Shown one piece after another: positions 1-11,489 of a stretch of 23,527 nt of DNA; the first letter of the stretch is position 1; every line of letters starts with the position of its first letter. The DNA lies in NCBI RefSeq assembly GCF_004010195.1, contig NC_057720.1:13006932-13030458 (forward strand), written 5' to 3'. The position numbers were made by a program, and so were the translations under genes. Origin of the DNA: Chiloscyllium plagiosum. Lineage: Eukaryota. A model generated the notes under the pieces. That model had not been told where the DNA came from. It did not search any database and worked only from the letters and a program-made list of their open reading frames with translations.

Positions 1-185
1 GTTACTGCACAGAAAGAGGCCATTCAGTATGTTATGTCTCTGATTACCAGCACTTGGTCTGGTACCAGCACCTTGCAGGTTACAACAGTTCAGGTGCAGA
101 GTAAGATTCCTTTTGAGAGACGAGAAATTCAGACTTTATTCCAAAACTGAGCACCCACCACCCTCTGGGTGAAATGGTTTCTGTG
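1..185 (-). mobile_element. Old CR1-like LINE 3' fragment
   Basis: 'cacagaaagaggccattcag' and 'ccaccaccctctgggtgaaa' resemble the reverse complement of the CR1 3' UTR and the FTQRVV motif. Highly diverged. Confidence 0.45.
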
Positions 186-410
186 GAATGTCTCAGGAAT
201 ACCAGAAACTACAGCTTTCTGACTCTGAGGTACGAATTCTGTTAACTGAACCAAAGCTGAGACTAAGAAGTCAATCAAAGAACAGTAAGGTGGCTTTCAA
301 AAATAAACATCCATTTTACAAATGCACAGTTAAAAGATGCATTGCAAAAATTTACCAAGGCTCTTTAGCCAACACCTTACAATCACACAGGAGATGCCAT
401 CCAGAAGGTT

Positions 411-555
411 GAGGGTGGCTGAGGTAGGCAAATTTTGTTATGCAAAGGTATTAAGGGATTATGGGCCTAAATCAGATATGTGGAGTTAGGCCACAGATCA
501 TCTGTGATCCCGTGGAATGGGCTCAAAGGGCTGAATAGCCTACTCCTGTTTCTGG
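411..555 (+). mobile_element. CR1 3' UTR fragment nested in the LINE above
   Basis: Ends in 'ggctcaaagggctgaatagcctactcctgtttct', a typical CR1 3' stem-loop region. Confidence 0.65.
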
Positions 556-742
556 ATATATGGGAACACCACTCCCTGAAAGTTATTATCCAAGCCACTT
601 ACCTTTCTGACTTAGAAATGTCTTGCTGTGCTTTCAGGGCTGCTGGGTTAAAAAAAAATCCTGGTACTCTATCCTTGACACCATTGTTTGTCTAATGACC
701 GCACGCAACCTACAGAGATTCACGAAGGCAGCTCATCATCAT

Positions 743-1022
743 GTGCGGCACGGTGGCACAGTGGTTAGCACTGCTGCCTCACAGCGCCAGAGACCCGGGT
801 TCAATTCCCGACTGTGTGGAGTTTGCACATTCTCCCCGTGTCTGCGTGGGCTTTCTCCGGGTGCTCCGGTTTCCTCCCACAGTCACAAAGATGTGCAGGT
901 CAGGTGAATTGGCCACGCTAAATTGCCCCTAGTGTTAGGTAAAGGGGTAAATGTAGGGGAATGGGTGGGTTGCGCTTTAGCCGAAGGGCCTGTTTCCACA
1001 CTGTAAGTAATCTAATCTAATC
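743..1022 (+). mobile_element. HE1-type V-SINE with two internal deletions
   Basis: tRNA head with A box 'tggcacagtgg' and B box 'ggttcaattcc'; V-domain 'tgtgtggagtttgcacattctccccgtgtctgcgtggg'; CR1-like tail and (AATCT)n end. Collinear with the copies at 3270 and 19208. Confidence 0.95.
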
Positions 1023-3185
1023 ATATCATCTTCCCAAGGGCGAATAGGGATCACAACAAAAGCCTTAGGAGATCAAACAATTGGATCATTGGAATGTAAT
1101 CTCCACAATTAAATCAGGACTGTTGTGTATATGTCCTTCTATGTTCTGTATTAACACAAAACTGGTAATGGAGAACTTCATGCCTAACTTTCTCTGTTGA
1201 ACTCACTTCCAATCCTTGAAATAAAGAGTTAATCTACCAAATCAGGATTACTGTAGCACACAACCAACTGCAGAAGCTTTCAGCTTGAACTTTATTAGAA
1301 ACTACCACAGTATTTATGCAGCAGAGTCAAAATGATGAACATTTCCTTCCCGTGTCTGTGTCGCAGTATGATCTAAGGTGTGTAGTGCATAAATATTAAA
1401 GTTTATTTTATTAAATCAACCATTTTGGACATGGGGACTTGAATCCCAGACCTTTCAGTCCAGGGCCATTACCACCACCATTGGACCCCCAAGATTGACA
1501 GAACAGACTGGAATCTTATTGATTGGTGTGCGATTACTTCATTGCTGTTGTTGACCCTAGTGCAGGGAAATGGTAACATGAGGCATTTTTTGCAGAGAAG
1601 TAGAGTTCTGTAAATGTTAAGGCCTCCTGCCATAAAGCTAGGGACATACCACTGTGCCACAGGTCCTTCGCTTTCCCTGTTTTCGTTGGTTTGCGAAATT
1701 GAGATAGAATAAGTGGTCCCTGCTTGAGTCCATTTCAAAAACATCAGGCACCAGGCTATTGCAGGCTTTTTATTAAATAGTGACAGATCCTGTTGCACCA
1801 GTTATAGTCACCAGATGGTAGCACTAATAATGAAATAGATCAAGGCCCCAATGTGCATTAGAGATGGAAGATTTTTTAGGTCAAATCGCAACATCGAGGG
1901 AACACTGAAGAGAAGGCTCTTTTCTGGTCAGTGGTTTGGGTGCAGAGTATACCAGAGACAAACTCAAAGAATGACTCAGTTGAAAACAGAGTGCAGAACC
2001 AGGTTGAGGAGTATGAGGCTGATGCAGCGCAAGATAACAAGGATGATCAGTTGGGTAAACAGGCCCTTTAATCTAGGTTCTGGAGTTTGTATGAGCTGAC
2101 CACTAGCATTAAATTGTGACACTGGAGGTGCATACTCTGCCATGTCACAGGTCCAATCAGTATCTATTTAATCATTTCCAATGCCAGTAAGTTGTATTGC
2201 AAACCCAAACCTGTATTAAAAGAGATTACTGCAGAATGTAAGTGTGAAGAAGAGGAATCTCTCTCAAATGAGCAATTGTGCCATTCTGGAGAGCAGTAAA
2301 CATGACCTATTTAAGATACAGTGAAACTGTTCACTGAAATCAGTGAAGATACAGATCTTTTGGTGAAATAGATTACAGCAGAATTCGGAAGAGTTCTTGC
2401 AGATAAGGCAGTTGAGAATGATGCTTGAATGTTGCAATACCTATTGTGAGCAGATGATGGTGCCAAACATTGAGAGCTTACAAGAGCAGCATTGTATTTT
2501 CCTGGAGAAATATTAAATGAGTCGCCTTGTAGGTTCCTTTGTTTTTATATATAAAATGGTTTTATATTTGTAAAGCAAAATATTTAATACTTCCACTCGA
2601 GTAGACTTAGGTGGGTAAGGGAGAGAAATGTTAAACGGGCGACCACACAAATGAGGGTTGGAGTTTCCAATCCTCCTGGAATTTTATTTGGATGTTCAAA
2701 CTGCAAACTGATCAAATTTGCTTTTGTTACAGGATTAGCAGGGCCAGTTGAAACAGCTCTGAGATTACACATCATGAAGACAAAATGTGCAACTGGGTTG
2801 ATCAATGACAAGTTAATTTTAATATGGTCAATTAATTGCAGCATACATAAAGAAAAAGTGTTGGCAGCAGATTGCCCTTATGTATTTCAACACGATGCAT
2901 GCAGTCAATGTTGAAAGACTCCCAGAGGCTTTAGATGATTCAATTTTAAGTACATCCAATCACTGCAGAAACAACGCTGGGTACAGATTATTGTACCATA
3001 TGAGAAACGACAGTGGGATTTAAAATGCAGAGGATACCTCTATGATTCTGCATTTCTATGGATTACTTTGAATACTTCATCATGGATAGAGAGATATTCA
3101 GAATCAAGCAGATATTCAGACAATAACCTTGACATTGAGCAAATGGTTCAAGGATTAAATTATAGGGACACTCTGGGGAAACCTT

Positions 3186-3850
3186 TTTTTAATTCATTCA
3201 CAGGGTATCACTGGCTAGGCTAGCATTTATTGCCCAAGGGATAGTTGATGGCTAATAAGAATCAACCGTGGGCGGCATGGTGGCACAGTGGTTAGCACTG
3301 CTGCCTCACAGTGCCGGAGACCCGGGTTCAATTCCTGCCTCAGGCGACTGACTGTGTGGAGTTTGCACGTTCTCCCCGTGTCTGCGTGGGTTTCCTCTGG
3401 GTGCTCCGGTTTCCTCCCACAGTCCAAAGATGTGCAGTTAAGGTGAATTGGCGATGCTAAATTGCCCATAGTGTTAGGTAAGGGGTAAATGTAGAGGTAT
3501 GGGTGGGTTACGCTTCGGCAGGTTGGTGTGGACTTGTTGGCCGAAGGGCCTGTTTCCACACTGTAATGTAATCTAAAAAAATCTAATCAAATTGCTATTG
3601 GTCTGGAGTCATATGCAGACCAGACCAGGTAAGGATGGCAGATTTCCTTCCCTACAGCGTATTGGTTAAGCAAGTGGGTTCTCACAAGAATAAATAAGGT
3701 TTACATGATCGCCATTGGGCTAGCATTTATTCCAGATTTTTCAAAGCATTCCACATCTATCACAGTGGGTTTTAAATCCATCATGTTCTCCAGAAACCTT
3801 GATCTCAGGAATGTTGGATTTGCAATCCAGTGTTAATACCACTACGCCAG
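3186..3850 (-). mobile_element. tRNA-derived SINE (MetaSINE-like central domain), interrupted by HE1
   Basis: Shares 'gcatttattgccc' and 'ggtctggagtca..t..agaccagaccaggtaaggatggcagatttccttccct' with 4409-4660 and 11960-12303. The head 'taccactacgcca' is the reverse complement of an A box. Confidence 0.8.
3270..3587 (+). mobile_element. Full-length HE1-type V-SINE
   Basis: Starts 'gggcggcatggtggcacagtggttagc'; A and B boxes, V-domain, tail 'ccgaagggcctgtttccacactgtaa..aatctaa'. Confidence 0.95.
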
Positions 3851-4322
3851 AATAGCAACCAAATGGTTAACCTTTGCAGAGTGTAGAAATGTCAGTACTT
3901 CTAACAAAATTATGGTATTTTCAAGCTAGTGAAAGGACTGATATCAGGGAAAGGCTTCACACAGACCAATTGATGCAATGGAATAGACTTCTGAGTGCAG
4001 TGATGAGTATGAAAAGTTGAACACATTTGAAAGAAAAATTGACAGGGATTGAATGAACAAACCATGACATTTCAAACAGGTGTCCTTTTCTGTAAAAGAT
4101 GTTATGGCTATGTACATGAGGAAAGCAAACAACAATTAGTCAAATTATTTTTTAAAGTGAATCTATATGAAGGAAGGTCATGGATTTCCATAAGTTAGTG
4201 GAAATCCAGGTATAACTGACAAGGAACATAAGTCACACCATGAGATGCTGACAGTAGGGAAAGCTAGAGGTGTAGAATTGGACTTAATTCAGACACCCAG
4301 ATTAATGCTATAGGGACAAATA

Positions 4323-4408
4323 GATTGCTGGAGAAACTCAGCAGGTCTGGCAGCATCTGTGAAGAGAGAAAAACAGTTGATGTTTCTCGTCTAGTGACCC
4401 TTCTTCAG
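4323..4408 (-). mobile_element. Penelope-like element terminal fragment with minimal hammerhead motif
   Basis: Reverse complement reads CTGAAGA-AGGGTC-ACTA-GACGA-GAAA-CATC-AACTG...cacagatgctgccagacctgctgagtttctccagc. Confidence 0.7.
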
Positions 4409-4660
4409 TGTGGGTTTGGAGTCACATATAGGCTAAACCCGGTAAGGATGGCAGAGTGCCTTCCCTAAAGGACATTAATGAACAGGCAGGCTTTTACAAC
4501 GACTGATGATTGTCTCTTGGCTACCATCACTGAGACGAGCTTTTAATTCCAGGTGTAAGCATCAACTGCAGTGATGGAATTTGTATCCATCCTCAGAACT
4601 TTCACCTGGGCCTCAGGATTACTAATCCATTGATATCACCATCACCCTGGCATCTCTACT
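4409..4660 (-). mobile_element. tRNA-derived SINE (MetaSINE-like), 3'-truncated
   Basis: 'tggagtcacatataggctaaacccggtaaggatggcagagtgccttccctaaaggacattaatgaac' matches the 11960-12303 copy. Confidence 0.75.
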
Positions 4661-5193
4661 AAAATGAACTGTTAAGTCTTCAGAAAGATGCCTTTATTCC
4701 CACAGCCTAATTGGAAATGCACCCATGTGATGCCATTTACAGAGTACCTTTCAATATGCGTGACCCACATTAAACAAAATTCATTTCATCCTGAAACTTC
4801 ACATGTTGAATGGGAGAGAGTTGCACAATACATAATACGGGCGGTTTTATATTCTATACCAATCACCATGCAGTACATGCCTTTGGGTAGCTGCTAATAA
4901 AATTAACTAGTGGATAGAAGCTGTGTGCTAATCCTTGATAACAACATGAACATAATTAATTTATTGTGCAGTGCGACTATCACACAGCAAAGCAGTATTT
5001 GCATAATAGTCTTTCAAGAAATAGCCCAGCACATCCAGCCGTGAAATAGGACACCTTTTAGCAAGTGCAAGGTGAGAAGAGGTTTCAATTGTGCCTATCT
5101 GCTCACTCAGCACCCCCAAACCCAACATCATCAACATACATACCAACCTTTCCCTAGCTACTAATCATTCTGAAGAAGATTCAGTGGACTTAC

Positions 5194-7205
5194 AGTCATA
5201 GAGATGTACAACATGGAAACAGACCCTTCGGTCCAACCCGTCCATGCCGACCAGATATCCCAACCCAATCTGGTCCCACCTGCCAGCACCCGGCCCATAT
5301 CCCTCCAAATCCTTCCTATTCATATACCCATCCAAATGCCTCTTAAATGTTGCAATTGTACCAGCCTCCACCACNNNNNNNNNNNNNNNNNNNNNNNNNN
5401 NNNNNNNNNNNNNNNNNNNNNNNNNNNNNNNNNNNNNNNNNNNNNNNNNNNNNNNNNNNNNNNNNNNNNNNNNNNNNNNNNNNNNNNNNNNNNNNNNNNN
5501 NNNNNNNNNNNNNNNNNNNNNNNNNNNNNNNNNNNNNNNNNNNNNNNNNNNNNNNNNNNNNNNNNNNNNNNNNNNNNNNNNNNNNNNNNNNNNNNNNNNN
5601 NNNNNNNNNNNNNNNNNNNNNNNNNNNNNNNNNNNNNNNNNNNNNNNNNNNNNNNNNNNNNNNNNNNNNNNNNNNNNNNNNNNNNNNNNNNNNNNNNNNN
5701 NNNNNNNNNNNNNNNNNNNNNNNNNNNNNNNNNNNNNNNNNNNNNNNNNNNNNNNNNNNNNNNNNNNNNNNNNNNNNNNNNNNNNNNNNNNNNNNNNNNN
5801 NNNNNNNNNNNNNNNNNNNNNNNNNNNNNNNNNNNNNNNNNNNNNNNNNNNNNNNNNNNNNNNNNNNNNNNNNNNNNNNNNNNNNNNNNNNNNNNNNNNN
5901 NNNNNNNNNNNNNNNNNNNNNNNNNNNNNNNNNNNNNNNNNNNNNNNNNNNNNNNNNNNNNNNNNNNNNNNNNNNNNNNNNNNNNNNNNNNNNNNNNNNN
6001 NNNNNNNNNNNNNNNNNNNNNNNNNNNNNNNNNNNNNNNNNNNNNNNNNNNNNNNNNNNNNNNNNNNNNNNNNNNNNNNNNNNNNNNNNNNNNNNNNNNN
6101 NNNNNNNNNNNNNNNNNNNNNNNNNNNNNNNNNNNNNNNNNNNNNNNNNNNNNNNNNNNNNNNNNNNNNNNNNNNNNNNNNNNNNNNNNNNNNNNNNNNN
6201 NNNNNNNNNNNNNNNNNNNNNNCTATCCCTAATCAGTCCTTGCCTTTCCAAATACATGTACATCCTGTCCCTCAGGATTCCCTCCAACAACTTGCCCACC
6301 ACCAAGGTCAGACTCAGTCTATAGTTCCCTGGCTTGTCTCTACCGCCCTTCTTAAACAGTGGCACCACGTTTGCCAACCTCCAGTCTTCCAGTGCCTCAC
6401 CTGCGACTATCGATGATACAAATATCTCAGCAAGAGGCCCAGAAATCACTTCTCTAGCTTCCCACAGAGTTCTCGGGTACACCTGATCATGTCCTGGGGA
6501 TTTATCCACTTTTACCCGTTTAAAGCACTTCCTCCTCTGTAATCTGGACATTTTGCAAGATATCACCATCTATTCCCTACAGTCTATATCTTCCATATCC
6601 TTTTCCAAAGTAAATACTGATGCAAAATACTCATTTAATATCTCCCCCATTTTCTGCGGCTCCACACAAAGGCCGCTTTGCTGATCTTTGAGGGGCCCTA
6701 TTCTCTCACTACTTACCCTTTTGTCCTTAATGTATTTGTAAAACCCCTTTGGATTCTCCTTAATTCTATTTGCCAAAGTGATATCATGTCCCCTTTTTGC
6801 ACTCCTGATTTCTCTCTTAAGTATACTCCTACTTCCTTTATACTCTTCTAAGGATTCACTCGCAGTCATTGTTTTTACCTAAGGATTCACTCGATCTATC
6901 CTGTCTATACCTTATACATATTTCCTTCTTTTCTTAACCAAACCCTCAATTTCTTTAGTAATCCAGCATTCCCTATACCTACCAGCCATTGCTTTCACCC
7001 TAACAGGAATATACTTTCTCTGGATTCTCGTTATCTCATTTCTGAAGGCTTCCCATTTTCCAGCCATCCCTTTACCTGCGAACATCTGCCTCCAATCAGC
7101 TTTCGAAAGTTCTTGCCTAATACCGTCAAAATTGGCCTTTCTCCAATTTAGAACTTCAACTTTTAGATCTGGTCTATCCTTTTCCGTCACTATTTTAAGA
7201 CTAAT
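5194..7205 (-). mobile_element. HER1/CR1 LINE, 5'-truncated, with disrupted ORF2 (the RT core lies in the N gap)
   Basis: ORF2 peptides 'LNWRKANFDGIRQEL', 'IKENPKGFYKYIK', 'DKSPGHDQVYPRTLWE..DWRLANVVPLFKKGGRDKPGNYR' and 'VEAGTIATFKRHLDGYM'. The 3' UTR matches 21540-21650. Confidence 0.95.
5375..6222. other. Assembly gap (848 N)
   Basis: Run of N inside the CR1 copy. Confidence 1.
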
Positions 7206-7654
7206 TGAAATGTTAGCTCTGCTTTCTCTCTGCAGATACAGCCGGACCTGCTGAGTTTCTCCAGTAATTGTTTTTAATTCAATTGTGGCTTGTGTGTTAG
7301 GGATTTCATTGCATTTGCTTAAGTTCTATGTTCATTACAAGGAGACAATCTTAATCAATGTCAACTGTTTGTATGACTACAGTCATCTCAATCAGTTTCC
7401 TCCTGAGATCCCACCATTAAACATAACAGCCTTGAGTCAATTTGGTTTATTCCACATGATAACAATAAATGGCTAAGTGCATGATTACACCAAAGGCTGT
7501 GGACTACATCTGGCTATAGTACTTTGTCTAGAATTGTAGAGGCTGTAGACTTTTGCTGAGGAAGCAGTCATATCTTCATGTCTAGCTGCTATTATACAAC
7601 TGCAACACCAGATCCTACCTGATATACCCAGGTATGCTCTATTCACAGATGAAG

Positions 7655-8086
7655 ATAAAGTTGCCATAGTCCTCCACCGTAGGGTTGCTCTCTCATCAGA
7701 GAGAGATGACTGATTAGATTAGATTACATTACAGTGTGGAAACAGGCCCTTCGGCCCAACAAGTCCACACTGACCCGCCGAAGCCCAACCCACCCATACC
7801 CCTACATTTACCCCTTACCTAACTCTACGGGCAATTTAGCATGGCCAATTCACCTAACCTGCACATCTTTGGACTGTGGGAGGAAACCGGAGCACCCGGA
7901 GGAAACCCACGCTGACTGGTAGTGGTTTAACCTGAAGATCACCACTGCTGAAGTGAGGTTAAGAAGGAGAGTCCTTAATGGCAATCTCAGCTAGTGCTGA
8001 AATTGAACCCACACTGTTGGCACCACGCTGGATTGCAACCGAGCAGTCCGGCCAACTGAGCTAACCAATAAACTAGAAGTGGTCAA
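7655..8086 (-). mobile_element. tRNA-derived SINE (family shared with 17284-17495), interrupted by HE1
   Basis: Reverse complement starts 'ggttagctcagttgg' (A box), then 'ggttcaatt' (B box); body 'tcaggttaaaccactaccagtcatctctctc'. Confidence 0.75.
7713..7912 (-). mobile_element. 5'-truncated HE1 SINE with 6-bp TSD
   Basis: Near-identical to 19209-19402; TGACTG occurs at 7707-7712 and 7913-7918. Confidence 0.95.
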
Positions 8087-8284
8087 CTGCAGACTCATTA
8101 ACCTTCCTAACCTTACTTCCATCCTAAGTAAAATACTGGAATGAAATGTTGGGTGTTAGCTTCCAGATTGCTGTACAATAACATATTAAGTAAGAGCTGT
8201 CAACACAGATTTCAAAGTGGAAGGTCCTTCCTGACCAATCTTGACTTTGCGGGAAAAGATAAAGTCTCAAGTGTTTTGTTGTAA

Positions 8285-8600
8285 GCCTGTGACAAATTGT
8301 AGCTGACGAAGTTACTCACAGAGAGCTTTAGTCAAACTCAAAGATCTGTGGATTGAAAGGTAATCCTGGCAATGGATTATAAAAATACTGGCTTTAGAAT
8401 ACAAAATGACAAGCTGCGTTTTGGAGGAGTTATATGAGAGAGGTGAAAGAACTGAATGAAATATGTAAGGCTCGTGTCAGGATGGTGATTGTTTCTGATT
8501 AAATTCAATTATTTAGCATGAAAAATCCATTAATGACTGCTCAAATATTCAGATTATACAAAATTAGGAGGGCCAGTGGAAATGAAAGGAACAGTTAAGT
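8285..8600 (+). mobile_element. Ancient CR1 RT fragment (5' part)
   Basis: Degenerate 'gacgaagttactcacagagagcttt' (DKVPH.RL-like) and 'ttcagattatacaaaattaggaggg' (ADDTKLGG-like). Confidence 0.55.
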
Positions 8601-8630
8601 GATGTTGGGCGTAGTGTAAAAACACCTCAA

Positions 8631-10320
8631 TGAACAAAATGCTGCTCTGAGGCTGTGGAAGACCCTCTCTGGGACTGTTTGGAATCGGAGGGCTGGATCA
8701 TGTTCAACTACTTGACCGAGACGGGTATGCCACCACCATCACGGACTTCACTAGCAAGTACTTGGAGGACTGTGTACCAAAGAGGTCAATCCGAGTGTTC
8801 CCCAACCAGAAACCTTGGATGGACCAGAAAATCCACTCCCGACTAAAGAACAGACACATATAGCATTCAAGTCAGATGGCCCTGACCCATTTAGGAAATC
8901 CAGATATGATCTCTACAAAGACATCAGAGATGCCAACAGGCAGTACTGGACCAAGTTAGAGGCCCAAACCAGCCATACAGATTCATGTCGCCTGCATCAA
9001 GTCCTAAATAACATACTGGGATTCAAAATGAAGCAGAGCAAAATAGTGAACAAAGACACACCCCTCCCTGATGCACTCAATGCTTTCTATGCTCTGTTTG
9101 AGCAGAATGCCAGTGGTGGGGTGTCACCTGTCCTGACAGACCCGGACACACCTGTTTTTTCTGTCACTGCTGCAGATGTCAGATCAGTTTTCCTAGGAGT
9201 CAACTTAAGGAAAGCGACGGGCCCAGAAGGTGACCCCGGCTGACCACTCAGACTCTGTGCAGACCAACTGGTGGAGGTGTTCACCAACATCTTCAACGTC
9301 TCTCTGCTACAAGCTGAAGTCCCCACCTGCTTCAAGAAGACCACCATCATCCCAGTATCTAAGGAAGTACATGCACCATGTCTTAAAGCGTACTGCCCAG
9401 TGGCTCTGACCTTAATAATCATGAAGTACTTAGACAGGCTGGTCATGGCCCACATCAGCTCCAGTCTTCCAGCCTGCCTCAATCCCCTACAATTTGCCTA
9501 TTAATGAAACAGGCCCACAGTGGACACCAGATCCCTAGCCCTGCACTTATTCCTGGAATGTCTGGATAACAAGGACACGTACATCAGACTCCTACTCATT
9601 GACTATAGCTCCCACCTTCAACACCATTATCCCCTCCAGACTGATCTCAAAACTCTGTGACCTTGGTCTCAGCTCCACCCTCTGCAAGTGGATTTTTAGC
9701 TTTCTGACCCACAGACCACAATCAGTGAAGATAAGCAACAGCATCTCCTCCTCAACACTGGAGGCACCCTCCCCCCCCCCCCCCCTCCCCCCCCCCCCCC
9801 GACAAGGATGCTGTACACCCATGACTGTGTTGCCAAATTCCAAACAAGTGCCATCCACACGTTCACTGTCAACACCACCATAGTGGGAAGGATACCTAAC
9901 AATGACGAGTCAAAATACAGAGGGGAGATAGAGGGCCTGGTGATGTGGTGCAGTGAGAACAACCTCTCTCTCAACATCAGCAAAACTGCAGAACTGATCA
10001 TTTACTTCAGAATGAAAGGAAGGAGAACACATTCGCATCTGAGGGTGAGAGGGTGGAGACCATCAAGTTCCTCGGAGTTACGATAACCGACAACCTGACC
10101 TGGACTTCCCACGTAGATGCGATGGTCAAAAAGGCACAACAACACCTCTTCTTCCTTAGGCAGCTCAAGAAATTTGGCATGTCCATAAGGACCCTCACCA
10201 ACTTTTACAAATGCACCATTGAGAGCACACTATCTGGATGAACAACGGCCTGCTAAAGCAATTGCTCTGCCCTGTGCATAATAAAGTACTGAAGGTGGTG
10301 TGCACAGCCCAGACCATCAT
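8631..10320 (+). mobile_element. Rex1/Babar-type LINE ORF2 remnant (frameshifted RT pseudogene)
   Basis: 'LPDALNAFYALFE', 'KATGPEG', '[27 protein letters not shown]', 'LNPLQFAY', 'LYTHDCVA' and 'KFLGVTITDNLTWTSHVDAMVKKAQQHLFFLRQLKKFG..LTNFYKCTIES'. Multiple stops and frameshifts. Confidence 0.9.
9770..9800 (+). repeat. Poly-C tract of about 30 nt inside the Rex1 RT
   Basis: C-run with a single T interruption between 'ggaggcaccct' and 'gacaaggatgc'. Confidence 0.9.
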
Positions 10321-10321
10321 G

Positions 10322-11400
10322 GTTCTTGATGCTTCTGCAAGTGAGAATAATTTCTCCCCATATTGTCTATCCAGCAATCATGATTTTGAAAACTTCTAAC
10401 AATCCTCCACTTAGCTTTCTTCTCTCTGTGGAGAACTGTCCCAATCTCTCCAATCTATCTTCAGAACTGAAGTTTGTCTTCCCTGGAACCATTCTTGTAA
10501 TTTGTTTCTGCACCTTGCCGACTGTATTCACATCCTTCCTACAATGTAGCACATACAACTGTACACAATACTCCAGCTGAGGTTTAATAAGTATCTTCTA
10601 TAAATTCAACATCACCTCCTTGCTCTTTGCCCCTTTTAATTAATTTGTGGATTCTGTGTGCTTGATTAATCAATCCCTCATCTGGTCCTGTCACCTTCAG
10701 TGATCCATGCACAAATATACCCAGATCCCTCTGTTCCTGCACCCTCCCCTCAGAACTGTAAATCCTGATTTTATATTGTCTTCCAGTGTTCTTCTGATCA
10801 AAATGCATCAGCTCACAGCTGAATTTCATCTGTCATCTATCTGCCAATTCCACCAATTTGTCTATGTCCTTTTAGAGTTCCACACTACCCTCACAATTCA
10901 CAATTCTTCCAAGTTTTGCGTCATCCGCCAAGTTTGAAATTGCCCTCTGCATACCAAGATCCAGATCATTAATATATTTTGGGAAAAGCAAGGGTCCCAG
11001 CACTGGACCCTGGCCAACTTTCCTCCAGCCTGAAAAGTATCCATTGACTATTGCTTTCTATTTCCTGTCACTCAAACAATTTTGTATCCATTTTTTACTG
11101 ACCCTATAACTTTCCTCACAAGTTGTGTGGCACTGTATCAAATGCCTTCTGAGAATCCACATACAACACACCAACAGAGTTACCCTCATTAATACTTTAT
11201 GTTACTTCTTCAAATAACTCCAGCAAGTTTATTACATATGTTTTTCCCCTTAAACATCCATGCTAACTCTTTATCGTCAACCCGTAATCATGTGACTATT
11301 AATTCGACCCAGAATAATTGTTTCTAGAAACGTCCCCGCCACCAAAGTTAAACTGATTGGTCTGCAATATTTGGACTGATCCTTGCAATTTTTCTCAAAC
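10322..11400 (-). mobile_element. Decayed CR1 LINE ORF2 (RT and C-terminal part)
   Basis: 'KVQKQITRMVPG..ERLGQFSTERRKLSGGLLEVFKIM' and 'VQEQRDLGIFVHGSLKV'; 'aagttttgcgtcatccgccaa' reverse-complements to ADDAKL. Confidence 0.9.
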
Positions 11401-11489
11401 AACGTAGAGCTAACAATCAACAAAATCAATTGAAAGTTTGAACTTTAGAGATACTGAAAAGCAAAAATAAGCTAGAAGGAATCAAGATT

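Larger units (their letters stand above)
335..1060 (+). mobile_element. 3' end of a LINE (same family as 18510-19925), interrupted by a CR1 tail and an HE1 SINE
   Basis: Segments 'ccaaggctctttagccaacacc', 'atgggaacaccactccctgaaagtt...gctgggttaaaa..atcctgg' and 'gaaggcagctcatcatcat | catcttcccaagggcgaatagggat' are collinear with the reverse complement of 18560-18860. Confidence 0.7.
2990..4095 (+). mobile_element. Ancient CR1 3' remnant split by SINE insertions
   Basis: 'ggattaaattatagggacactct' (GLNYRD.L) before 3185; 'tggaatagacttctgagtgcagtg' (WNRL) and 'acatttgaaagaaaaattgac' (TFERKID) after 3850. Confidence 0.45.
5168..7275 (+). mobile_element. Penelope-like terminal fragment split by the CR1 insertion (pieces 5168-5191 and 7206-7275)
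   Basis: 'ttctgaagaagattcagtggact' and 'tgaaatgttagctctgctttctctctgcagatacagccggacctgctgagtttctccag' rejoin into the same repeat as 4323-4408. Confidence 0.7.

Noticed and set aside
433..448. Sox-Oct-like motif TTTTGTTATGCAAAG; also the octamer ATTTGCAT at 4997-5004
   Set aside because: Short imperfect motifs are expected by chance, and the first lies in a CR1 fragment.
745..812. tRNA-like sequences at SINE heads
   Set aside because: A and B boxes are present but run directly into SINE bodies, so they are not tRNA genes.
1469..2099. ORFs of 109 aa (-) and 82 aa (+)
   Set aside because: No recognisable domain or exon structure; the first overlaps a probable SINE-head remnant near 1640-1662.
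5204..6569. Long ORFs of 325-408 aa in the ORF track
   Set aside because: They are artefacts of reading through the 848-N gap; the real portions are CR1 ORF2 or its antisense strand.
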